From a virus (taxonomy: Duplodnaviria > Caudoviricetes): 64,000 nucleotides of DNA. Of this stretch, positions 27,768 through 36,460 are shown one piece after another; position 1 is the first letter of the stretch, and each line of letters opens with the position of its first letter. Below the pieces are notes generated by a model. It did not search any database, was not told the origin of the DNA, and saw nothing but the letters and a program-made list of their open reading frames with translations. The stretch covers positions 70,333-134,332 of the IMG/VR virus record IMGVR_UViG_3300027807_000003; one strand, 5' to 3'. The translations under genes were made by a program, and so were the position numbers.

Positions 27768-28528
27768 TTGCGGACAGAAGTTATTGATACCTCCGAGGTT
27801 AATGCAACTTCCTCCGCCTTCACTTGACCCTCAGAAGCGCGATCGCTATTTACCTCTATCTGCGTTTCTAGCGATGGTGACAATAATTGCCGATGTCGCT
27901 TACCACAATTCCCGCAGAAATAGTACTGATACATCTTACTACCACCAAAATGAAACCTTCTGTATGACTTGATGAAGAAATAGCAGGAACAGTTGGTGCA
28001 TTTTGGTGGTAGCTTGTCTTTGAATCTGATGGTTTCATCGTTTTCTATAATTTCACAAGCAAAATCTTTGCGGCAGTGAATATTGGTGCAATGGTAAAAG
28101 GTAAATTGCTTATCAAATATTGTTTTATAGGTCTGTATTAGTGATAATTTTTTGCAGCTAGGGCATTCTATTGGGGATAAGTATTTAAACTCTCCCTCGG
28201 TGACTTTAACTAGCTTGTTATATTTATGTCTAATATCCTTAATTTTGTCTTGATTTAATAGAGATAGGTTATTTTTAACCGAAATCTCGTCCGTGCTACT
28301 AACTCCAAAAAAAGCGCAAATCTGTTTTAAAGCTACATAGCAGAGTTGTTTTATGTGCCCTGCCTCTAAACAGGAGATGTTTCTCCCTGAATAGTGAATA
28401 ATTCCACCAAACTCTATTTGGCTCAAGGGTACCATCTCTCTTAGATACCTGATGTTATCTCCAATAATCAGGTATATTTTATTGCGTTCTTCGATGGGAA
28501 CTATGGATCGCATTGCCCAAATTTGCAA
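27764..28528 (-). CDS. XRE-family HTH regulator with C-terminal zinc ribbons
   Basis: IGDNIRYLRE..PLSQIEFG...ISCLEAG...ICAFFGVS, followed by CPSC, CTNIHC, CTNC and CGNC. Confidence 0.8.
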   Translation of the reverse strand: MQIWAMRSIVPIEERNKIYLIIGDNIRYLREMVPLSQIEFGGIIHYSGRNISCLEAGHIKQLCYVALKQICAFFGVSSTDEISVKNNLSLLNQDKIKDIRHKYNKLVKVTEGEFKYLSPIECPSCKKLSLIQTYKTIFDKQFTFYHCTNIHCRKDFACEIIENDETIRFKDKLPPKCTNCSCYFFIKSYRRFHFGGSKMYQYYFCGNCGKRHRQLLSPSLETQIEVNSDRASEGQVKAEEVALTSEVSITSVRN

Positions 28529-28648
28529 ACAAGGAATGTTGATATTCCTAGTGTAGTTCTAAATCTAGAATTATTGGAATCAATTACTCACTGCACATAA
28601 ATAACTAACATCAGTGATATAAGTCAATTTTTAGGCACACATACGAAA

Positions 28649-30130
28649 ATGGCAGTTAGGGTTGATGCTTGTAGGACTACACGCAGTCCCGTTTTTAGGG
28701 AAGATGGTACCGCCATACTAGAGGGATGGTTTGCCAAATCTGGTGTGTTGGAATACAAGACACCCGATGGCAAAATTATTAGGGAATTTCGCCCTCCAGA
28801 AGAAAATGCTAAAGCTGCCCACAAGTGGGGGTTAATTCCAGTTACTTTGGAGCATCCTCCGGGGTTGCTGGATTCTTCAAGTAATCCCAGTTATTTAAAA
28901 GGGCTAACCGGCTCAGAGATCAACACTACCAAGGATGGTTTTATTGGTGGGTTTATCACTGTTACCCACAAAGATGCAGTTGATTCCATTGTTCGCAAAG
29001 AAACTGTAGAACTTTCTACTGGTTACAAATGCCGTATTGACCATACCCCAGGAGTATGGAAAGGGCAAAAATACGATCGCATTCAACGTGATATTGAACC
29101 TAACCATGTAGCACTTACAGCTAAAGGCAGAGCCGGTCCTGAAGTAGCTCTGCACTTGGACAGTGCTGATGACGATTTTGCATATCAATTAGAAGAAGAA
29201 ACTATGGGCACAAATCCTACAATTACTACCAGATTAGATATGGGCAATGGGGTCATCATCGACAACCTTGACCCTAGTATTCATGCCGCGATCGCTCCTC
29301 GGTTTGATGATTTGAATCAGACTATTGCTAAATTGACCGAAGAGAAAAATAATCTGGAACAAGAAAATGAAGAGTGGCAATCAGCGTATCAAGAGATAGC
29401 TTCCTTAGTTATTAAGGAAGGCTACGAATGGGACGACCAACTAGGTACTTATGTTCGTGGCGATAGCAAAAAATCTAAGGCAGAAGATGATGACGACGAC
29501 GATGAACCACCCAAAAAGAAATCATCTTCTAAAGGTAAGAGTAAAGCCAAAGACGAAAGTAGTGACGATGGCGATGAAGATGATGACGATGACGAAGAAG
29601 GGTATGACGGTGACTATGCCGACGATGATGATGAGGATGGTGGTAATGACGATGATGATGATGACGATGAAGATGATGACGACGACGACGATGAGGAAGA
29701 ACCACCCACAAAAAAACCAGCTAAGAAAATGTCAGCAAAAAAATCCACTAAGAAAGATTCTAGTTCCAGCGACCTAAAACATTTTGCTGCTCGGTTAGCA
29801 GGTGCTGCTGTATTGGCTCAACAATTAAATGTTCAAGTGAACATGGATTCTGTTGAATCACCAGAAGATATCTACGATGCAATTATTAAGGAGCATCTTC
29901 CCGAGATTAACCCTGAAATGTACTCTGCTGCATACAAGGAAGGGGTTATCGAATCTTTGCTGGACCAAGCTTTAAAGACAGACAGTGAGGATGAAAGCAA
30001 ACATACCAAAAATCTAACTACTGCTGTTTGGTATACCCAAAATCACGATCCTGAAAAAACTCGCAAAGACTCAGCAGAAACTCCTGAAGTTGAAGCTTGG
30101 AAACAACCTCTTGCTTTGAATAAAAAATAA
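28649..30130 (+). CDS. DUF2213-family head maturation protease/scaffold protein
   Basis: AKSGVLEY...EFRPPEE...PVTLEHP...ELSTGY...QRDIEPNHVALTAKGRAG; coiled coil and poly-Asp tract in the C-terminal half. Confidence 0.88.
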   Translation: MAVRVDACRTTRSPVFREDGTAILEGWFAKSGVLEYKTPDGKIIREFRPPEENAKAAHKWGLIPVTLEHPPGLLDSSSNPSYLKGLTGSEINTTKDGFIGGFITVTHKDAVDSIVRKETVELSTGYKCRIDHTPGVWKGQKYDRIQRDIEPNHVALTAKGRAGPEVALHLDSADDDFAYQLEEETMGTNPTITTRLDMGNGVIIDNLDPSIHAAIAPRFDDLNQTIAKLTEEKNNLEQENEEWQSAYQEIASLVIKEGYEWDDQLGTYVRGDSKKSKAEDDDDDDEPPKKKSSSKGKSKAKDESSDDGDEDDDDDEEGYDGDYADDDDEDGGNDDDDDDDEDDDDDDDEEEPPTKKPAKKMSAKKSTKKDSSSSDLKHFAARLAGAAVLAQQLNVQVNMDSVESPEDIYDAIIKEHLPEINPEMYSAAYKEGVIESLLDQALKTDSEDESKHTKNLTTAVWYTQNHDPEKTRKDSAETPEVEAWKQPLALNKK

Positions 30131-30162
30131 GCCGTTTATCTAAATAAAATCCCCTAAAACTT

Positions 30163-31080
30163 ATGGTTTTTACCCCTCCCGGCACGATGCCGTTTAATAT
30201 GTTCACTGGTTACGACGTACAAGGTGATAGCTTGTACAAGCGTTATATGGATGAAGCTGTACCTGGGCTATTGGCTGGGTACGGACAAGTCCTGATTGGA
30301 CCAGGGATGAATACTCTGGCAAACCCAGATACTTTCACCTTGACCCCACCTACGTCACCTGATAACTCTACGGTTTACACAATTAACGCATCTTTTGACG
30401 TTAGTTCTGAGTCTGTTAGCTACACTACCGTCTCAAGCAGTAGCCCGGCCGACCTGATGACTGGTCTATATAATGCCATGTTGGTAGACCCACTGTTCTA
30501 CTCAATATGCAGCATTAGTTTAAATACCAGCACTAATGTCATTACTCTGCAAGGGCGATCGGCTGGTATTTCTTTAGCTGTGACAGTTACCAGTGTTAAT
30601 ACTAACTTAATTACCGTCGCTCATACCGTAACAGCTAGTACTAACCCCATTATTCCCTTTGGGCGGTTTGTTGGTTATCAATCCACCTACCCCATTGACG
30701 GTAATGGTGTCCCAGCACTGACTCTGATAAATACTACTAGTGGGTGGACCATCTACGGTGTAACCAAGATCTACGGTCTGACGGAACAAGTTGGGCTATT
30801 TCAAAACGCACAACAAGGTTATCCCTTTGGATACATCATGGAGGTGGTACGTAATATCGGTACTTATAATGGCATTTGGGTAGATACTGTAGAGTCCAAT
30901 ATTGCCCCTGGTACTACTCCTTTGTATATTGCGACTTCCGGTGCTAATGCTGGGATGCTTACAGCCACTAGTACTGGGAACTTGGTAATTCCATCTGGCA
31001 CCGTGAGCATAGCCCAAGGTACCCGTCCCGCACTGGGTCGAAACGCAACTTTAATCCGCTGTGCTTTTGCAACGCCCTAA
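30163..31080 (+). CDS. Capsid decoration/cement-like protein
   Basis: Lies between DUF2213 and the major capsid gene; AVPGLLA...IPFGRFV...GIWV pattern with an inserted beta-rich domain. Confidence 0.65.
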   Translation: MVFTPPGTMPFNMFTGYDVQGDSLYKRYMDEAVPGLLAGYGQVLIGPGMNTLANPDTFTLTPPTSPDNSTVYTINASFDVSSESVSYTTVSSSSPADLMTGLYNAMLVDPLFYSICSISLNTSTNVITLQGRSAGISLAVTVTSVNTNLITVAHTVTASTNPIIPFGRFVGYQSTYPIDGNGVPALTLINTTSGWTIYGVTKIYGLTEQVGLFQNAQQGYPFGYIMEVVRNIGTYNGIWVDTVESNIAPGTTPLYIATSGANAGMLTATSTGNLVIPSGTVSIAQGTRPALGRNATLIRCAFATP

Positions 31081-31142
31081 TTAGCTTGGTTGGGAAGGTG
31101 TGTTTAAGGTCTGAATCACCAGCAAACTACACCTGAAATACT

Positions 31143-32069
31143 ATGGGCCTTTCTACGCAAACTAGGGCAGATGCTCTAAATATAGGTTTTTTTGAGCGGG
31201 AGCTTGAGTATCGCGAAACCGAAATTAAAAAGCGACTACTCCCCGACTACCCGGCCGCAGAGGGAAAGATTGTCCCCTTCGATACTGAAGAAATGCGTTG
31301 GGCACAACGAACTTCCTACAAAGTCATTGACGGTATAGGTAAATTTGAGCGTGGTACAGCCATGACCTCTAACCTGCCAATGGTGCAAATGGTAGGGAAA
31401 GAATTTGCTCAACCTGTGCAGGAATACCGTTCTGGATACATGATTAGTGAAGATGAAATTATCGCTTCACAAGAAAGAAATATCCCCATCGAAGAACAGA
31501 AGATCGCTCTTGTACAACAGGCATACGTTGAGCAGTTGAATCTGTTAGTTTTACAAGGTGATTATTATGATCGGATGCCAGGATTAATTAATAATCCCTC
31601 TTGGCTTTACACCAAATCATCTATTAAATTAGATGGCTCTACCACAGACCCTCGCACCATTCTCGCTCAGCTTAATGCTGGTGTGCAGGCAGGTTTGACA
31701 GTTACCAACAAAATCATGAAGTATGATACGTTGCTGCTGCCAAAAAACCGCTACGACTTGTTACTGTCTGAACTGTACATGAGTGACCTTAACCTCATGT
31801 CAGTGTTGACTTACTTCCTGCAAAATAACCCCAGTATTACCAGTGTTCAACCCCTAGCTGAATTAGAAAATGCTGGAATTGATGGAGGGGCGATCGCTAT
31901 TTTCTATAAGCGCGATCCCCTGTACTTCAAGTTCAGGATCACTGGTAGTTTACGCCCTCGTCCTCTGTTCCAAAAAGATGCTTGGAATTGGTATCGAGGT
32001 TATGATTTTAAATCAAATGGCATCATCGTTTACCGTCGTTATGCTGCCAATGTCCTTTATGATGTTTAG
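31143..32069 (+). CDS. Major capsid protein (DUF2184 / encapsulin-like HK97 fold)
   Basis: 308 aa; FFERELEY, GLINNP, DTLLLP and GIIVYR segments; position in the head module. Confidence 0.85.
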   Translation: MGLSTQTRADALNIGFFERELEYRETEIKKRLLPDYPAAEGKIVPFDTEEMRWAQRTSYKVIDGIGKFERGTAMTSNLPMVQMVGKEFAQPVQEYRSGYMISEDEIIASQERNIPIEEQKIALVQQAYVEQLNLLVLQGDYYDRMPGLINNPSWLYTKSSIKLDGSTTDPRTILAQLNAGVQAGLTVTNKIMKYDTLLLPKNRYDLLLSELYMSDLNLMSVLTYFLQNNPSITSVQPLAELENAGIDGGAIAIFYKRDPLYFKFRITGSLRPRPLFQKDAWNWYRGYDFKSNGIIVYRRYAANVLYDV

Positions 32070-32074
32070 GTTAT

Positions 32075-32704
32075 ATGACCGCTAAATCCGAATCTTCAAC
32101 TGTTGCTAGTGTTGCTAGTCTTGCTAGTCCTGAAATTACTGCCAAATTGCCAAAATATTATGCAATAATTTACACCCCTCGGCTAGAGGCAACTAGTGAC
32201 CAATCTCCTTATATGGACCAAATTTCCTGCCGTAGTTACTGTTATGCCGTGACTAAGGGGACTAAGGAGAAACCGCTGGTTTCTGTGGAAACAGTTCCAA
32301 TTAGAGAGGGTGTGAATTTCATCGACCCTAAAGAATGGCAAGCTGTAATTGCTGACAATTCACATAGGGAAGAAATTGAACAACTGTCCTCTGATTACAG
32401 TCGGGTTTTTAAAATCCTCATCCCAGATTCAGAACTAGCTCGTAAAAGCACCATTGATTTTTCCAATATCCGTGATGCTGAACTCTTGGTTGAGAATGCT
32501 ACTGATATTGATTGGCTAGAAAGATGCCAATTACTTGAATCTCAAAATTTACGGAAACCTCTTGCTGGTCAAACCGAAGAAAAAGCACTTTTAGCCCACC
32601 AATCTTTCCTTCAGAAACTATCTAAACGCATTGAAACCCGTAAGCGTGAGCTAGAAGCGGCTCAACAAAAAGCCACCTCTGCCGGTATTAATGCCTATGT
32701 CTAG
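32075..32704 (+). CDS. Hypothetical head-module protein
   Basis: 209-aa ORF after the capsid gene. Confidence 0.6.
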   Translation: MTAKSESSTVASVASLASPEITAKLPKYYAIIYTPRLEATSDQSPYMDQISCRSYCYAVTKGTKEKPLVSVETVPIREGVNFIDPKEWQAVIADNSHREEIEQLSSDYSRVFKILIPDSELARKSTIDFSNIRDAELLVENATDIDWLERCQLLESQNLRKPLAGQTEEKALLAHQSFLQKLSKRIETRKRELEAAQQKATSAGINAYV

Positions 32705-32715
32705 GTAACTTACCA

Positions 32716-33177
32716 ATGGGTACTATTTACTACTACAGCAGTTCAGATCGGTTCTGTTACCGTATACCTGAGAAAACTTTCATCTATGAACCTGGCTCAG
32801 TTCTTGGTTTCGTAGAAGCTTTCCCTCGGTTTAGCGATCGCTCCCATGAGCAAATTAAGTTTTGGCTGAACGTCGCTGACATCTACTGCCCCAGTAGTAT
32901 GTGGGGTGAACTCAGACCGCAAGGACTATATCTGGTAACTGCACATTTCTTGGAGATGTTGGATATCCAAGACATTGAAACTGGTGGTAAATCGATCCCC
33001 TTGGCAGCGGGAACCGGCGGGGGTTCTGCTACTCCTCAACAAGATGACTTTAGTTTGACAACGTGGGGGCGACAATATCTGTTTTTAAGATCTGGACTGC
33101 AAACTGATACTGTGTCACCCAGAATTGATCAATCTGTATTTACTGAACGTAAATGGGGGATTGGTTTCGCCTTATGA
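32716..33177 (+). CDS. DUF4054-like head-tail adaptor
   Basis: FPRF...WGELRPQGLYLVTAHFL...LTTWGRQYLFL. Confidence 0.8.
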   Translation: MGTIYYYSSSDRFCYRIPEKTFIYEPGSVLGFVEAFPRFSDRSHEQIKFWLNVADIYCPSSMWGELRPQGLYLVTAHFLEMLDIQDIETGGKSIPLAAGTGGGSATPQQDDFSLTTWGRQYLFLRSGLQTDTVSPRIDQSVFTERKWGIGFAL

Positions 33178-33608
33178 CCCTATATGATCGCCTAATTAAG
33201 ATCCGGGACCGGGGGGCTAAAGTTGCCCAACGGTTAGGAATGTCCAAAATTAGAAAAGTTTGGATCATTACACGGTTTAGCGATCGCTCTTGGGAAAAGG
33301 TTGAGGTTAATCCCGATCCGTTTGTTGATGAAACCAGACTTGATTTTGAGTCAATTGCTAATAACATCAATCTCAAAGGTATAGGACGAACTTTGTTGGT
33401 TAAAGGCATTAGTAAAGCCTATGATCGCACCGTACTAGAGGCAGATAATGTTGAGTATGAAGTAGAAAGTTTTGACCAAAATGCTAAAAACTTCCACTGC
33501 CGGCTACTGGAAATCAAGGACATGGGAATAACTTGGCAGCTAACAATTTACGAGCCTATTGCTGAAGAACAAATCTATGAGCAACTCTACGACTTTACCT
33601 CTCCCTGA
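33174..33608 (+). CDS. Putative head closure/completion protein
   Basis: Follows the adaptor with an ATGA overlap at 33174; size fits. Assignment is mainly positional. Confidence 0.5.
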   Translation: MTLYDRLIKIRDRGAKVAQRLGMSKIRKVWIITRFSDRSWEKVEVNPDPFVDETRLDFESIANNINLKGIGRTLLVKGISKAYDRTVLEADNVEYEVESFDQNAKNFHCRLLEIKDMGITWQLTIYEPIAEEQIYEQLYDFTSP

Positions 33609-33673
33609 GCAAGGAATTCTCTTGGATGACGGGCATTTAGGTAACGATTACTTTACCCAATTATTTAAAGATC

Positions 33674-34351
33674 GTGATCTTACTCCCCCCAAAGGCAAAA
33701 AGAAAAAACTCCCCTCCCAGAGCCAGGCAGGACGCAAAACCTCTTAAATGCTCAATTAAGAGTAAACAGTGTGGTCAACGGTGTATCCCTAAAGCTTACA
33801 AGTGCCACATTAGCGAACAGGAGTTGCAACGAATCGTCCACGACGTTGAGGATAAAATCAAGGATTTACCTACCGAACGGGCAGTGGTAATTGATCAAAA
33901 AACTGGGAGAATTTTGGTTAGCAAGGGGGGCGATCGCACTTCGGTTTTTCTGACTGTGGAGGATTTACAAAAAATGCGAGGAAATGTTATTACCCATAAC
34001 CACCCTAATCTAGGATGGAGTCCCAGCGATCCTCGTAGTAAAGGGTTAAGCTTTTCCCCCGCTGATATCCAAGCTGCTTGCATAGCACAATCCAGTGAAA
34101 TGAGAGCCGTAAGCAGTGGCTACAGGCACTCAATTAAACCCCCGCCATCGGGGTGGAATGAGCAATACTGGAACCAAAAGGTTGCACCATCCTACCGGAG
34201 GAATGAGAGCCAAGTTATGAATGAATTTACAGGTAAAATCTTAACCTTCAAAATGAGTCCTCGCCAAGCAGATGCCGATTTTCATCATGAAGTTATCAAG
34301 CGAACTGCTGCGGAACTGGGAATGATATATAAGCGGGAGGAAATTAGGTAA
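33674..34351 (+). CDS. Cys-knot + HNHP (JAB/MPN-like) domain protein
   Basis: RQDA-K..CSIKSKQCGQRCIPKAYKC, then E...THNHP...SFSPAD. Start uncertain. Confidence 0.65.
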   Translation: MILLPPKAKRKNSPPRARQDAKPLKCSIKSKQCGQRCIPKAYKCHISEQELQRIVHDVEDKIKDLPTERAVVIDQKTGRILVSKGGDRTSVFLTVEDLQKMRGNVITHNHPNLGWSPSDPRSKGLSFSPADIQAACIAQSSEMRAVSSGYRHSIKPPPSGWNEQYWNQKVAPSYRRNESQVMNEFTGKILTFKMSPRQADADFHHEVIKRTAAELGMIYKREEIR

Positions 34352-36279
34352 TGTCAATTGAAAATGCACCACCAGGATATCATTACGTCCATAGTAAACG
34401 AGTTAAGGGTGGCAGATACCTTGCTAAAAACCCCCGTGGTTCTGGGGCTAAAAAGACTTCTTTGAAAAGTCCTGGTAAGGCTTTGGCTATTACTGCCGGT
34501 GCTGCTGGTATTACTGCTGCTACTCTGGCAGCAGGGACTGGATTAACTATTGGGGCTTTAAAACTTAAGCATCGCCAAGCTATTGAAAAATCAGCCAGAG
34601 AAATTGAAAAAAGTTCCCCTGATACTGTTAAGCAAATTAATAATGAAAAACCCATTGTATATACGGCTTCTGGACTAAGAGGGACCGATAGTCCAGGAGA
34701 TTACTATGGTGAAAGTGTTAAAGATGCTGTTGGTGGAAGATACAATCATGTCTCTTTACCTCTAAAACATAATGTTGTAAAAGATACTTCTGTTACTGGC
34801 GCTATCAAGCATCATATAAAAGATATTTTGGGTAAAGGGCATGATCCCGACGCTACTATTTTAGCTAAACACGTTTACCATCAACACAATGCCAATCCCG
34901 ATAACCCTATATTTTTGAGTGGGCATAGTGCTGGTAGTATTACCGTAAATCATGCCCAAGAAATCTTAAATAAACTAAAAGTCCCTACACAAGTTGTTAA
35001 TACTAGTGGATACAAAACAGGGTTAGAGGATTTAAGTCATAAAAATAACACTACAATTTTAGGGAAGAAAGATGATGTAGTAAAACCAATTTATTCCCAT
35101 AATCCAATTATGGTGAATGGTGATCATTATATTCATCATCCAGATAACCCAAATCATGCAGAATGGAAGCGTACATTAAGGAGAGAAATGTACAAACATG
35201 AAATTCTTGGTTCTAGTAATCAAACTAAAAGAGACTCCGTTATTTCTGATATAGAAAACCAAAGGGGGAAAACTCGTATGTCAAAACAAATTAATGACCA
35301 AGAAGTTAGTGATCTAATCGCTCTAACCTATGCCCAAGAATTTGATGCCCCAGTAGATAAAATTCTCACTATCTATCATGGTGATACTGATGGTGTACTT
35401 TACGGAAGCCTGATCTCTGGTGGTGATTTTTATCATTATGCGATTAACGGGGACAGTATTGGATTACAGGATGATCCATCTGTAACTGACTACTTAAATC
35501 AGTATGCTTCAGGCTATATGTCTACTCATGGGGTAAATGCCGATAGCTATGGATTTGCTTTGGGATATCTAAAATTCGACTCCCAAGTAAAATGCAAACC
35601 TGGTAATGCTCCTTGTGGTGGACGTTGTTTGCCGAAAGGGCACCATTGTCGTGGGCATCAATCGGGTGGACATCTAAAATCCCCTGGGCTAGGTAAAGCC
35701 CTTGGTATTGGTGCGGCTGCTGTGGGTGGTGCAGCTGTATTAGGAGCAGGTGCGGGTGTGGGAGCGATCGCTCACGAAGAAATCGGCAGAGGGGCTAAAG
35801 CTGTAGGAGAGCGATTAAAAAGGGCCCATGAGGGGGCAACCAATGAACTCAAAGTAGGTATAAATGCTTCAAAAGAAGCGATCAAAGCTACTGATGATTC
35901 AACAAAAAACGCTCTTAAGGGGTTTAAGGATCAGCTAAATGCTACTTCAGATCCTGGTGAAAAAAGAACCATTAATCGAGCTTACCGAACCGCTCAACAC
36001 TCATCAGAAGGAATAAAAGCCGGAATAGCTGCGGGGGGTATTCATAGCTCCCTTGAAAATGCTGCTGGCATTGTCAAGAAAAACTTGAAAGAAGCAGGTA
36101 AGGATGTAAAAAGAACTGCTGGTGCAGTGGGGCGAAAAATTAAATCAACTTGGGCGGGGATTGATGCCAATAGTCCTAGCTCCGTAGATGAAGAACCTCA
36201 AAATAATCCAGAGAATGGCGATCGCAGTAGAAAAGCATCTAGTACTGCTACAAAATCCCAAAAAAAAAGAACAACTTAG
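34351..36279 (+). CDS. Modular protein: hydrophobic helix, alpha/beta-hydrolase (GHSAG), Cys knot, second hydrophobic helix
   Basis: IFLSGHSAGS nucleophile elbow; KFDS-QVKCKPGNAPCGGRCLPKGHHC. Confidence 0.75.
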   Translation: MSIENAPPGYHYVHSKRVKGGRYLAKNPRGSGAKKTSLKSPGKALAITAGAAGITAATLAAGTGLTIGALKLKHRQAIEKSAREIEKSSPDTVKQINNEKPIVYTASGLRGTDSPGDYYGESVKDAVGGRYNHVSLPLKHNVVKDTSVTGAIKHHIKDILGKGHDPDATILAKHVYHQHNANPDNPIFLSGHSAGSITVNHAQEILNKLKVPTQVVNTSGYKTGLEDLSHKNNTTILGKKDDVVKPIYSHNPIMVNGDHYIHHPDNPNHAEWKRTLRREMYKHEILGSSNQTKRDSVISDIENQRGKTRMSKQINDQEVSDLIALTYAQEFDAPVDKILTIYHGDTDGVLYGSLISGGDFYHYAINGDSIGLQDDPSVTDYLNQYASGYMSTHGVNADSYGFALGYLKFDSQVKCKPGNAPCGGRCLPKGHHCRGHQSGGHLKSPGLGKALGIGAAAVGGAAVLGAGAGVGAIAHEEIGRGAKAVGERLKRAHEGATNELKVGINASKEAIKATDDSTKNALKGFKDQLNATSDPGEKRTINRAYRTAQHSSEGIKAGIAAGGIHSSLENAAGIVKKNLKEAGKDVKRTAGAVGRKIKSTWAGIDANSPSSVDEEPQNNPENGDRSRKASSTATKSQKKRTT

Positions 36280-36302
36280 AGAGTGAAAATAAAGAGAATA
36301 AA

Positions 36303-36458
36303 ATGGAAGACAAAACCGAAGATAATCCAGAGGATAAAGATATTGAAAATATAGCTCGTGCTGTATACGGAACTGTACAAGTTGCTAGGAGATCCAATAG
36401 AAATAAAACCAAAAATATGAAATGGGGATATCAATCAAAACCCAATAAAGGGGAATAG
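36303..36458 (+). CDS. 51-aa ORF, or -1-frame continuation of the upstream gene
   Basis: MEDKTEDNPEDKDIENIARAVYG...; the frame is open back to the A9 tract at 36260-36268 and its stop abuts the next ATG. Confidence 0.45.
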   Translation: MEDKTEDNPEDKDIENIARAVYGTVQVARRSNRNKTKNMKWGYQSKPNKGE

Positions 36459-36460
36459 TA

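Noticed and set aside
29451-29777. Met/Thr-rich and His-rich ORFs
   Set aside because: Alternative frames of the poly-Asp GAY tract.
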